Shown piece after piece: positions 1 to 12,398 of a DNA stretch of 52,674 nucleotides. The notes under the pieces are model-generated. The model saw only the letters and a list, made by a program, of their open reading frames with translations, was not told the origin of the DNA and did no database searches. Source of the DNA: Nemertoderma westbladi (Eukaryota; Animalia; Xenacoelomorpha). The number at the start of each line of letters is the position of its first letter. Position 1 is the first letter of the stretch. The translations under genes were made by a program, and so were the position numbers. The DNA lies in NCBI GenBank assembly GCA_032718475.1, contig JAUCBJ010001329.1, forward strand, positions 1-52,674, written 5' to 3'.

Positions 1-1706
1 TTGTATATATATATAAGTTAAAGTTTGTATTTATTGAACTAAAATTATATATTGTATTTTAAACTTGTCAAGAATATGACAGATGTAAATATATGTGTAT
101 ATTCTAATACCAATAAATTAATATTAACTTGGTATTTAGCCGAAACAAACGCTAAACCGACAAGATAATATTACGAATATATTAAAAACAGAAGAGATAA
201 CAAATAATAAAATGTATATGTGACGAAAAAGTGTAATTTCCTCAGCGACACAATTTGAGGCGAGTTTATTTAAACTAAAACTGTTTTATAAATCATTTAG
301 GGGCACAAAAATCACACGACAGATTTTGTTATTCGTTCAAAGTTAGATATTTAATATTTTGAAATCTGGTCATCATATATTCTTCTTAGATATATAATGA
401 TTACTTTACTTTTACTATTATTATTTTCTTAGCAGAAGTAAATTAAACACCAATCCACAATAATTGTTGAAATAAAATACAAGTAAGTCTAAAAAATGAG
501 GAACGTTTACCAAAATCACCTCATTACAAACTAAAATGAAAAAAAAGCACTTAAAAAGCATTGCTACTTTTTTAAGGTGAAGATATATATGGCCCTAGTT
601 ATTAAGAATATACCGGTACCTAAATCTAGTTAAAATAACTACCAAAGAATATTAGGTGCTACATTTGATAACTAATAATAGAGTGCATTTAAATAACCTC
701 ATGCTATAATATATAGCTAATCTTCCACAATTTAAAGGCTAATTTGTTATTCAATATATATATGATATCTATACTAACCAAGACCCAGGGGTTGAATTAT
801 ATAAATTGGAATTATTACAGGTAGCCCTGGTGTTTAAAAATTAATATACCGGTATACCGATTTTATATATACCGGTACCGGGTAACCATAATATACCTAA
901 CATATACCAGCAATGGAGTGGAGAGGCACCAAATTTGCTATTTTATTTGGAATTGACTCAAAAATTCAACACAAATAAATGCATATTCGTATCTATATAT
1001 ACGGCAAAATTGTATAAGCTCGGTACCGGAATATATATATTAACATATATAATATATTTAATTAAACCCACTATTAAATATTGTTATCATATAATTGATG
1101 CCTATGAGGGTTGTCATTTACATATAATTGTAAATGTAATTAATTGTATAAATATATAACACAATTTAGAAAAAATCCGTATCGAACTGAGTTGGATGTC
1201 TGGACTAATTACATAGTCCTAAATCATCCGAAGTATTGCATTGAATGAATTGGGTTCTTACATTAATTGATTGAATATATTTCAGTGGGTATTATTACTC
1301 CGTAAGATACAAACTAACTTATTTACGAGTAACAAATGAGAAAAATCTAAATAACAAAAGCACAATTAAAGTTAAACAATTAATAAACTTCTAGTAAATA
1401 ATAGTAACATAACTTGGCAATTTATGAAAAACATATTTAGTAGAACCTAGTATTCTAGAATATCAGTTAATTAATCCAGAATATCAGTCGTTCACCTCGC
1501 CTCAATATTATAGATAACAACTAATAGGAAAGCAAAACATTCGAGCGAAGCGAAGGTTCTAAAATATATATAAAAGTAAAATACCGCCACGCCCATAAAA
1601 ATATGTTGACATTGATGTTATCATAGCAACTAATAATAATATTGAAGCGGTGTAAAAAACCAGAACCATGTAAATAAGTTGTTGTATAAGTTTCAAATAA
1701 ATTAAT

Positions 1707-3242
1707 CTAACTAGCAGCTGCTGACTCGCTACCTTCCATCTTATCAGCCATTTTCTCTTCATCTGTTTTACATTCATCGCTTTTCTTCCCAAGAATCTCC
1801 TTAAACTCCTCCATCATGTCATCGGCTAACGACATATCGTTACTGGCAGCATCGCCACTAACAACTTTACTTACAGTCGTCGTGGTAACGGATTTAGTAA
1901 CATCAGATGGTAGAGTCTCTTCATCGCCTGCTTCGCGACCGGTGGTAACTGTCTCAACAACAGTCTTAGTGATGGTAATAGTCTCTGTAGGATGGGATTC
2001 CAACTCATCATCAGGGATGTTATATAGAAGATCTTCGGAAGTAGGACTCGCAACCTCTTCATCCATTGGGACATCATCAGGTTGTGTTTCATCTGGTTCT
2101 TCTGCTGTAATAATAGGACTTTCTAGTAGAAGAGGTTTGTCATCATCCTGTACCTCTGGAGGTTCACTCTCGAGTGTCGCTGGTAGACTCTCCAATGTTA
2201 CAGGTTTAACTTCTACCACCTTTCTCTCATCATCCATTTGGGGTATATCTGCGAGGGTTTGATCAATGAGTTTATCCAATTCATCAATGGTTGGACCAAC
2301 AAAGGAGGCCCTTCTTTCATCATCAGGTGCTGTTGCTTCCTCAACATTAGCCTGCGCAACAGAAGACTTAGTAATGGTAACTGTATCAACTAGAACAACA
2401 TTCCTAGCAACAGCAGAATCATCCTTCTCATCAACAACATGACTATCATCTTCCTTACTTCCTACAATCTTAGCTGGAGCAGATTCCATACCAATATCCT
2501 CAACATTATTAGCCTCAGAAGCAATCTTTGGTTGAGCAGAAACTACAACATCATCTACTTTTCCATCAGCAACCTTTGCATCCGCATCCGCATCAACTTC
2601 CTTCTGTGCATCTTTATTATCTTCATCTCTCTTTTTCCTTTTGCTTCCTTTCTTACCATCTCCCTTTTTTCCTCGTTTACTAAAACTTCGCTTTAAACGG
2701 CACCAGACACCGTGTCGTTTCGTTGGAGTTGTAGGCACAACTGTTCCATCAGGCTGTGACTCCATCGGTGGAGGTGCAGATTCAACTCCTGGTTGTGAAT
2801 CAACAGGAGCGATAGTGTCTTCTTCGATTAGTTGAGGGGCTTCTTTCATTCTCGGCAAAGTTGGATATTTATAAGGAATATCGAGCTTTGCTGGTTCAAA
2901 TTCATAATCATCTTTCTCATTTTCCGGTTCATTAGGCTTATCTTCTTCTTCATCTTCAGCAGGAGGCTCAGCACCAGACCCCATAAACCACTCCTCCATA
3001 CGAATATGATAATTGGTACGTCTCCTCACGAATACTTCAGCCCTGAGTTCTTCTTGAAATAATCTGTGGGTGTAGGACCGAGATAATTCCTTCATAAGAA
3101 TAGGTTGCAGGGATGTAGATCTTATGAGTCGCCCACCAGTATAAGTTCCTGCAATACTTTGGGGAATTCCGGTGACTTTAGTGAGTTGCACCTTCTCCTC
3201 ATCTTGCTGTCTGCAAATATCAAATACTGATTCAACTTTCAT
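1707..3242 (-). CDS. Uncharacterised 511-aa acidic, largely disordered protein (single exon); possible AKAP-like scaffold
   Basis: Long uninterrupted ATG-to-stop ORF, higher GC than flanks, in-frame stop 15 codons upstream of the ATG. About 88-aa ordered-looking N-terminus, a basic segment (VWCRLKRSFSKRGKKG), D/E/V/T/P-rich remainder. Confidence 0.75.
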   Translation of the reverse strand: MKVESVFDICRQQDEEKVQLTKVTGIPQSIAGTYTGGRLIRSTSLQPILMKELSRSYTHRLFQEELRAEVFVRRRTNYHIRMEEWFMGSGAEPPAEDEEEDKPNEPENEKDDYEFEPAKLDIPYKYPTLPRMKEAPQLIEEDTIAPVDSQPGVESAPPPMESQPDGTVVPTTPTKRHGVWCRLKRSFSKRGKKGDGKKGSKRKKRDEDNKDAQKEVDADADAKVADGKVDDVVVSAQPKIASEANNVEDIGMESAPAKIVGSKEDDSHVVDEKDDSAVARNVVLVDTVTITKSSVAQANVEEATAPDDERRASFVGPTIDELDKLIDQTLADIPQMDDERKVVEVKPVTLESLPATLESEPPEVQDDDKPLLLESPIITAEEPDETQPDDVPMDEEVASPTSEDLLYNIPDDELESHPTETITITKTVVETVTTGREAGDEETLPSDVTKSVTTTTVSKVVSGDAASNDMSLADDMMEEFKEILGKKSDECKTDEEKMADKMEGSESAAAS

Positions 3243-3524
3243 TGTTCCAGTTATAACTTTTGAGTTTAATACTGCCGGATACCGCTACTGATACTCAACA
3301 CTGAGCAGCTGAGATGACGGTACAAATGTTGAATGAAGTTCAGAAGTTAGAAAATGTTGTAGCAAAACATATAAAATCAGAGTTGTTTCTTTCTTTATAA
3401 TGATATCTAACAATAGGTAAATATTATTTAATAGGGCCTAATTACAGTTTAACATGAAAGCACATATATATATCTGCATACAGCAGGTTTGCAGGGTGCT
3501 CAAAATCATGCTAAAAAATGGAAA

Positions 3525-3806
3525 GGAGCTTTGTTAATATGAATGATATATTAAACAATGCTGATTCCAAATCTGCTTTCAGATTTACCATAACATATGC
3601 TGTAGGCAGTAGGTTGAATGATTTTGAGCATGTTTGATTACTATTGAATCTACTTCACTCATCACAGTTGTTTGCAACAAGTATTTTGAACACAAATTGG
3701 CAATTGTGAAAATACTTGCTATGCCTGTATGCTATGGCAAATCTGAAAGCAGATTTGGAATCGGCATTGTTTAATTATATTATATAATTCATATTGACAA
3801 AGCTCC
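3525..3806. mobile_element. Inverted repeat / MITE relic upstream of the orphan gene
   Basis: 3525-3600 (ggagctttgttaatatgaat...aaacaatgctgattccaaatctgctttcagattt) is the imperfect reverse complement of 3728-3806. Confidence 0.6.
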
Positions 3807-3873
3807 ATTCAATGTTATAGATTGATTTTGATTTGAGCATATTTAATTCATATTGAAGGGTCGAACGAATTTG

Positions 3874-3983
3874 TACAAAAAAAAGTACAAAAGTACTATA
3901 GTACAATAGGCCTATAGTACAGTAGTACAAAAGAGTACAATAAAGTGCAAAAATAGTACAAAAGAGTGCAAAAATAGTACAAA
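3874..3983. repeat. Degenerate ~10-bp tandem repeat (aaaatagtac / aaaagagtgc)
   Basis: Visible short-period repetition. Confidence 0.6.
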
Positions 3984-4559
3984 CGACGAGTGAGAAACGC
4001 TTGCAAAACGTGTATTAAAGCTGCAAAGTGCAGAAGTGTAGTTCAAATCGTGTAGAGGGGCGCACATGATGTGCAAAATAAAACAAAGAATTGTCTGATT
4101 GTGGGGCGAGCCATGCATTGATCAGGTCAGGGGGTTGATCTAGCTGTCTAGAAGTCAGAGAGTATTACAATACAATCTTACTGTATGAGTTTTAATGCAG
4201 CCTTTTGTATTCAAAAAACACAAAAAACGGTCCCAAGCCCGCAAAATTGCAGAGGGAGAACTCAATAAAGTTGCAGATAGAGGCGTACACTGGAACATAC
4301 ACATACATAGCCTACTGACATAACGCAGCATACAGTCTATCCTTCAGTACATGGGCTACTTTAAGACTATGGCCTAAATTTTGAGTCTCAAGGAGTTTTA
4401 TCTACACCGTACCCACTGCGCACTGCATAGGCTAGTATGTTGCGTTATATTATATTATACGAAGCGAAGAGTAGCCTATTTCTACTTGTATGCCAGTCAT
4501 AATCTACATGAATCAAATTTCTGTCAATCATTTCATACTTGGCCACGGGTCCTACGAAT

Positions 4560-4710
4560 TACCCAAAAAAACACAATATTACCCAAAGAAAGCACAAAAA
4601 TACACAAAAAAAACACACAAAAATACAAAAAATTACACAAAAAAAAACACAAAAATACACAAAAAAACACAATATTGCCCAAAAAACTACCCAAAAAGAC
4701 AAAAAAAAAA
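4560..4710. repeat. A/C-rich low-complexity tandem repeat (cacaaaaaa-like)
   Basis: Visible; explains the Lys/Thr-rich ORFs in all three frames. Confidence 0.7.
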
Positions 4711-6899
4711 TGTTTTTCATAAACAATGTATCTACAATAAGATTTAGGTTAATTGTAAGAAGAGTTTCACTTTTCAGTTTTCAATTTTCACTTTTTTCAA
4801 AATATTACATTTTGTTAATTTGAAGATTCCTTTAATGACCTACTGCCACCGGTTTACCGGTAAGCGTAAGCCAGACAGCATACAAAATCATATTTCTTAA
4901 TTAATGGAAAGGAGCAGGTTACAGTAGCAGGCTTTTCTAACCAAAACAATAAACGATAACCAAAGAACTGAAGAACACAGGTTACAGTCCAGGCTGCAAA
5001 TGAAGTGCAAAAATCGCAACGTGTATTTGAAATAGTGCGCGGTAAAAGCGCGCGGAATTGAAATAAAAGTGCGCAAAATTATGTCAAAGACAACAAAAGT
5101 GCGCAGTAATCTGTGTAAAAGATCACAAGTCGTAAAGCAGTAAAGTGCGCGTACAGGTGGATGAGGTGTAAATGTAAAAAAGTTTACATGCATTCAAAGT
5201 GAGAAAAATAATTTGCCACAAAAAATTTCGCTCGCTTTGCTCGCGTTTCTTTGCATTTTGTACTGTTAGAATGAAACAATTTCGCTCACTTTGAGTTTTG
5301 CTCGCGTTTCTTTTTCATTTTGCACTGCTAGAACAGTTAGGTACAATGGCCAAATCTGGCAACCTCAAACGTTGCCACATATGGCAATGTTCATTGCCAA
5401 ATCTGGCAACTTTTGGTTTTTCTAATTTTCGCACGCCCAGAAGCAAAATCGCATTTTGGTAAATAGGTAAGTGAAAAGAGCAGAGCGTGAAATTTAAATA
5501 TACTTGACCGTATAAGAAAAAAAATCATCGTCTGAATTTCTCTTAGCAATAGGTCGAAATGTGCTTAAAATAATTATTGCCTGTTTTGGCAACCATTAAA
5601 ATTAAAGTAAAATAATTGTTGCCATTTTTGGCAACCATTCTGCCATTATCATTGTGCAGGCCTGTGTCTGTGTGTGGCAGCCTGTTACTCTGTCATTGTA
5701 AATTACTTCAAAATTGCTTATGGCAGTATGGTACTGCTTGCTTCAGTCTGTCAGTGCTTACCCTTGTCGAGTTGTGGTGATTTAGGCCTATAAACATTAG
5801 TCGATAAAATGTCAGAATGTATATGATATGTTGTTAATATGTTGATGGACAGATGGATGAGTCTGTAACAGATATCCTACCATGCAGCCAGGATACCGAA
5901 CTGGCAGACTGGTATAGGCATAAACAAAACAAAAGAATCATAGGCCTATGACTTCAAACTGTCAAAGGCTGAAATGGAACTAAACGTAATAATAGTTGAC
6001 AACATGAACATCACCACCACAAGGCCTGAAGGCAGCAAGCAGACAAGGGGGCATTCAAGTTTGAGAAACGGCGTGACAGAAGAAAAATATAATTTGTGTC
6101 AAAATTTAGAAAGACTGAGAAAACCAAAACGCGTGTTAAGAGATTCAACCAAATTGTTTCTAGTACAGTCAGACAGTTAGTAAACCCTAATGAAAAACGG
6201 GATGAAATGATTTCATTATATGTAGGAATGGGCTGCACGATGCATAGCTCAAGCTCAGTACAGCAGTAGGCCTACTGCAGGAGCTACATGGATAGGCAAG
6301 GCAAACATACAGCAGTACAGCCAGACACCAGACAGCCAGACGTCCGTCTGTGAACTGATCACGTTTACTGGCACTGTACTGCCGACTGTACTACGGTATG
6401 GGGTATGGCCGTAGGCTAAACACCAGAACACTGTACAGCTGTAGGCCTATTGCTGTTGTGTTATGCTGTTGAATTGTACTGTTGTCTGACTGTCTTTCGC
6501 TGTACAGCTCAGCAGCTGTCAGGCTGTAGGCCTCGCCTATTTCCGTTGAATTGTCCTTTTATCTGAGTCACTACAGCACTAAGTCTGACAGTCTTCCACT
6601 TACCCAGCACCCAGACTGCAAGACCTAGGCCTAACTTTAATTGCTACCAGTACTGCAGTAACATAATTAGTTCCAATCCAGTCACTGACCGTACACAGGC
6701 AGACAGGTACAGCGGTATATACTGATATATAATATAGGCCTATACAGCTGTGCTGTACAGGTATAGGTCTGTAGATCTATGCTACTACTATGTAATGTAA
6801 TTGCACTCCAAATAATTGCACCGACAAATAAAATAATTAATTATTTAAAATTAATCTTAATGACATACATATTCACAAAATGAAATTAAATCAGACCTT

Positions 6900-8168
6900 T
6901 AATTAAACAATTATATGTATGGAGGGAGAAGATAACCCAGGCAATGTTGCACTTACGCTGTTACGAGCGTATCTCTATTGGAATTAAGTAAAAATATTGC
7001 AAACTAAAAAAATAAAATGGTAAAACACGGTCGGTCGTTATGAACAGAGAAAATATAAAAAAAATAAATCAAAATAAAAATAAAATCAAAATACGAGGCG
7101 GGGTATAATGTGTGCATATTTAAACAAAATGACACAAGTGACTAAAATCAATATGACGTACAGTATATGGCAATTAAAAATATACAAATTACGTGCATTA
7201 ACGGCATCTGAGGGCAAGGAATTCCACACGGATACTATACGGCTGGCAAAACGATTTCTGACAACGACTAGCCTGCTAGGCTGAGCAAACAGTTTCCTGT
7301 TATCAGTTATGGCCTCGCAAACCTTGCCGTTGCACATGCGAGAAAAAATCGTTAAAATGAAGGTCAATGTTATTGTGACAAATATTATAAACCATACGTA
7401 TATCAAAAATAATTCGCCTAACTTCTAATGGTTGGAGTTTCAAGTGTATTAATCTATTAGAGTAACTATGTGTGTTAACTGACATCTTGAAAACAATCGT
7501 CTGGTGAAATATCGTTGGACGCGCTCAACCAATTTTATATTAAAAATTTGGTGAGGAGACCAAACCACAGTACAATACTCTAACAGTGGGCGAACATACG
7601 CCTTATAAGCCGTAATAAGTACGTTGACATTAGAAGTGTGGAAGCACCTAAATATTATATTGCACATTTTATACGCCTTGGTTACTTGTTGGCTGCAGTA
7701 TTTGCTGAAACGCAGATTTTTGGTAACGATAATACCTAGGTCCTTACAACTCTCCTTGAGTTCTAGAATAGAACCGTTGAGAGTGTACTCACTCGGTGTG
7801 CGTGTACCAAGGTGAAGTACATGACATTTGTGCGCAGCGACATTGAGCTGCCAGGTTTTACTCCAACTGGCTAATCTATCCAACGCATTTTGAATGTTTG
7901 CCGGATTATTACTGTTTCCATATAATTTTAAATCGTCAGCAAATAGTTTGCAACCTACATTTGTAAATTCCGAAGGCAAATCGTTTACAAAAACTAGGAA
8001 CAAAATCGGCCCCAAGACGCTTCCTTGGGGTGTTCCTGATTAGACGTCAACATAATCTGAGTATTTGTATCCAACTAAAACACGTTGACTACGATTAGCT
8101 AAGAAGGCGACTATCCAGTCAAATAGATTACCTGAAATCCCATACGCGGCCAGTTTTTGTAAAAGTTT
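6900..8168 (-). mobile_element. 5'-truncated CR1/L2-group LINE (RT C-terminal half plus 3' UTR), degenerate
   Basis: Minus strand reads KLLQKLAAYGISGNLFDWIVAFLANRSQRV..V*SGTPQGSVLGPILFLVFVNDL..KLFADDLKLY..DLGII..YVRPLLEYCTVVWSP..ERVQRYFTR..RIVSVWNSLP, with a stop and frameshifts. Left boundary approximate. Confidence 0.9.
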
Positions 8169-9999
8169 AGCTAGTACTACCGTACCGTACTAGATAGACA
8201 GATAGATATTTGTTAATTGATTATGTAAAGCAGTACGCCTAAAGAGCCCCCCCCCCCCCCCCCCCCCTGCCCCCTGAGCTATCTGCAAAATTAATTACGG
8301 CAAACTCAAGGCTAAATACTGAAATAACAAACAATGTTGCTCCGGTCCGCGGGTCCGGCTTCGGCTCCAGCACTTTTAGGTTGTTCCGGTCCGGTACCCG
8401 GCTTTGGCAAAAAAAATTGCTCCGGTCGAACCCTAATACGAGTTGAATAACTCATGAGGTTATCCCCGCGCAGCTCGATGTAACCACTAAATAAATAAGT
8501 GCTGTTAATATTTATGGATGATACAGTATTTAATTAATTGGTGTTTATGTCATAATTAACCATAACCATATATTTGACTATTGCGCAATAAACAATCTCA
8601 ATCTCATCTCTATCTATAGGTAATTCCATCCAAATTCGACAAATCGCGGTGGCATGGGCCATAGCAGCATAGGGTCATCGATTTCGTTTATTTTTGGATA
8701 TATGGTCGGAAATGGTATAAAATGACACCTGATGAAATATTTCTGATGATGCTGTATTGGTTTTTGAGATATTGCAGTTCAAAGTTTGCGATTTATTCGA
8801 ACATATCCCCAATGAAACCTACAGAAAATCCTTCTGACTAGTGCAGTAGTGGGTGGAGTGTCATTTTATATTTCTGTATTTATTGTACACATAAATAGGT
8901 CTCATACACATTAAAACCATGAATAAATACCACCCACTTCTCAGTGGTCTGATTAGTGGGTAGCCCAAAACATTTAGTAAATAGTTAGATATACCAAAGG
9001 AGGTTCTGTGGTACAATTTTCATGTACCACCAGCAAGTCAGACTTCCATACCATCATCTGGAAAATTGAAACTTTCCAAAATTGCCATAATTCGGAACAT
9101 CACTGCAAGCTTCTGATAAAAGATGGGTGCTTGAAATGAATCATGAGTAGTAACATTGATAAGGGAAACATGCATGATAAGTTTCGGATCCCACCGACCG
9201 ATGCCTTCTTTAGTATATATTATTCAATTTAAAAGTTCAATTTTCAAAATTAATCGTCAGATTAAATACTTTAGAACCAAGGTCTGCTTACGAAGTTGCT
9301 CTCATAACCAGCACGAGCACACATTAAGTATTTAAATGTTTTAGACACAATAAAGGCTGTTTTTTTCACCACCCACTTGTCAGATAGTTTATGTGTAACA
9401 AACAAAGGTAAATAATTTTAACATATTATTGACTAATTTCAATACCCAATGAGTTATATACCTTCTGATACTATTAATTATTATATCATAATAGAAAGAA
9501 AAGCTGTTTGAATTTCATCTATTATAATTCACTAATCCCGGCCAAGGGCAGCAGGGAATGGAACGTAATACAGTATGTTCATTATGATGAGGCAAGTCAG
9601 TGATAATTAATATAGTTATTATGGTAGAAAAGATAATAGATCAATTATTGAGTATAGCAGTATTGTAATTCATGCAATTCCTTTATGAACAGTGATCGCA
9701 GACAAATTCTGCATCGTAATTTAAATTAACTGGCAGGCAGCTGGTGCATGACCAATATTTATCACACATCGCACACCACCCAAATCTTCTGATTTTTTTT
9801 TGTATCACTGGCCCAAAGTTTTTTACATATTCTCATGATATTCTCATCCTCATCTCTCTGTTCAGTAGGAACATCAACACAAGGGACAACAGCAACCTTG
9901 CGTTGAACTACCTTTACTTTCTTCATTGTAGAAGATGATAAAGTACGGCATTCCAGCTTCCCATCAGCAGTAATATCATTTGGTGCTGGCACCAAAATT

Positions 10000-10364
10000 T
10001 GGCACCCGCCGAAAAAAACAAGTTTGAAATTTCTAAATCAATTTATATGAATTCCATCCAATTGCTAACACCAAAAAACCGGTGTAAATCAAAAATAGAG
10101 ATGTTACAATTAATATTTAATGAAATGTAATTTTCAAAAAACGTCTCAAAAAAAGTGCCAAAAGTAGCGTTAAAAAATGGTGCTATAACTCGAAAACTAC
10201 CCAACATTTTTGAAAACGGTTTTCACTACTAGGAAGACAATAGATTTTTAGGAAAAGTCATAAAATTTCAGATTCCCAACTGCGTTTGTTTCAGAATTAT
10301 AATAAAAAAACCACGGGGGGGGGGTCATATTGACCCCCCCCCCCCCCGGGTTTAATAGGGTTAA
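10000..10364. mobile_element. Terminus of a piggyBac-like (TTAA-targeting) non-autonomous element
   Basis: Ends ...aatagGG-TTAA at 10361-10364, the same TTAA seen in the intact RTE copy (26059-26062). Subterminal palindrome GnTCATATTGACn. Other end not found; left boundary approximate. Confidence 0.5.
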
Positions 10365-11238
10365 GATGCGTCTCAAGAAAGTCATGGGCTGTCCACCATG
10401 CTTATTCACTCCATGAGGCTGCCAAAGTACAAGATTATGCACTGGCTGGTCTTCACGGCGAAAGCAATGGTCTGCAAAGCGGAGGCGATTTTGTTCTAGT
10501 GTCAAGCTTGAGGGAACGAATGAGACACCTCCAATGTTATATACTGTAGTGTCTGGTTGGAGATGTGTGCATTGTACTTGACACAATGAACCCGGCATAG
10601 CATTCTTGTGAATGTGCCATCCAGAGATTTGGCGTCCTCAGCAGTTAGAGCCCAGCATGGACTCCCATAGAGGAGTACTGGAACTACTGCTGCTCTAAAT
10701 AATCGAACCTTAAGTGTCCGATTAATTCTCGGTGACTTCCAAATCCTGGAAAGCCTATTCAAGGCTGCCCATGCCTTTCCCTTACGTATTCGAAGGTCCT
10801 CACCTGACTTCCGGATCCATGATCCCAGGTAACAGAAGTCATCCACATGCTCAAGCATACCATCTTTTGAGCTTATGCTCATCCGATCAGAGACTTGCTG
10901 AGGACTTTCAAAGTTAACTGTCAAAATTTTGGTCTTTCTGGAGTTAATAAAAAGACCAACACTACAGTAGAAGCCGCATGTTCTAATGAGCTGAGGAGCC
11001 GTTGGGCTCCCTCTAGTGATTCTGAGAGTACTCCTAAGTCATCAGCAAAGTCTAGATCAGTTAGGTATTTGGCAGGATTTCCTCGACTTCTGGAGCCAGT
11101 AGGTGGAGTTATCATCACCCCATCATCATTATGATGATCTAAGGACATGCATAGAACATAGTCAACCACAATGATGAACAAGAATGGTGCAAGTGTGTCT
11201 CCTTGGAGGACGCCCCATAACACTTCAAATGGTTCTGT
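10361..11238 (-). mobile_element. RTE-clade LINE fragment, family A (RT region)
   Basis: GVLQGDTLAPFLFIIVVDY..DLDFADDL..DFCYLGSWI..LLYGSPCW; near-identical to 26060-26926. Confidence 0.92.
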
Positions 11239-11438
11239 TGGTGTGGGCGTGTTCAGGCAATTGGGCATGCTTCCAAATGGGCATGGGCGAAGATAGTGCT
11301 GGTTCCGTTATGCGTTGTGGACACCCCTTCCCCTTGCGATGCTGTGGCCTAAAGTTTTAGGCAGCCATTCCCCAAAGCGTTTGGCTGTTCAAGATAGATA
11401 CGCTAAAAGCTACATGTTCTGAGTTTGCAGTATATTTT

Positions 11439-12103
11439 TTTAAGCGGATTCAATTCCGTACACTACCCACCGAAAATGGGACTAGTGGCATTTTACCAAT
11501 ATAGTTGGCGATGTGAGATTACCAGTAATAATCTCACCTCATAACCAACTGGGGGGGGGGGGGGGGGGCGACACACGCCGTAAGCCACAGAGAGAGGTGA
11601 GAGGTCAAATCACCTCAGAGGGACAAACAAGCTGGTAAGGCTAGCACAAGGGATAAGGGCAACAGGGAGTGGCGAGGTGACAATTAATCAGGTTAAGCCA
11701 ATTGTGGGCGGGAAAGCACATTGGAGATGATTAGAGTGCATCTATTGGATATTTGGGCCACTCAGTAGCGTAGGGGTAATTTAACATGTGTCAATGATAT
11801 AACCGTTGTGATTACTGATTATTAGTTTAGTTGGTTTCCTTAGAGTTGTGAGACCAGAACAGTTTTGACCGTCATCGTTATCACTAACCGCTGTATTATA
11901 TGCTATTATATTCAGACTGTGCTATTATCGATTACTGTCATTATTAACACTTGGTTATTCAGTAACTTAGATTATTTCCAACGGCCTTCAGCCTATTAGT
12001 GCAGATCTAAGTCGACAGCTCAGCAGCTCAGGAACGCGACTACACGTACAACTCACAAACCGGTCGGGAGCTGATACTGCCAACTCCGTTGGCTCCTGTC
12101 ACA
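11439..12103 (+). mobile_element. Solo LTR related to the BEL/Pao element LTRs
   Basis: Aligns with the LTRs at 13950 and 19479 (taagcggattcaattcc...accaatatagttggcgat...poly-G). Ends TCACA; flanked by 5-bp ATTTT duplication (11434-11438 / 12104-12108). Confidence 0.85.
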
Positions 12104-12398
12104 ATTTTAACGTAAATGACAAAAGATTTATCGAACTAAAACTTTTACAAATTAATAGAAAGTTATTAGATGATAACATTATCTAAGTAATAACATTAGT
12201 TAGTGATAACCGATGGGCAAACAGCACCTTATAAAGGAAATCCTAAGCATGGAATCCAATAGAACATTCTACCACATTCTATGAGCTCACATTGGACCAA
12301 TAAATTATAACTTTCATACATACATATATACATACAAAATATGGATTTACTATCTAACGGTAGGCTCGCAAGCCTTCCTTTCTCCACAACCTCGCTCT

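Noticed and set aside
1816-3062. Plus-strand ORFs over the orphan gene
   Set aside because: Antisense shadows of the 511-aa minus-strand ORF.
4381-4823. Lys-rich ORFs
   Set aside because: Low-complexity A/C repeat that is open in all frames.
8618-9995. Possible decayed DNA transposon or transposase
   Set aside because: Only a terminus-like start and short ORF scraps; no catalytic motif or second TIR recognised.
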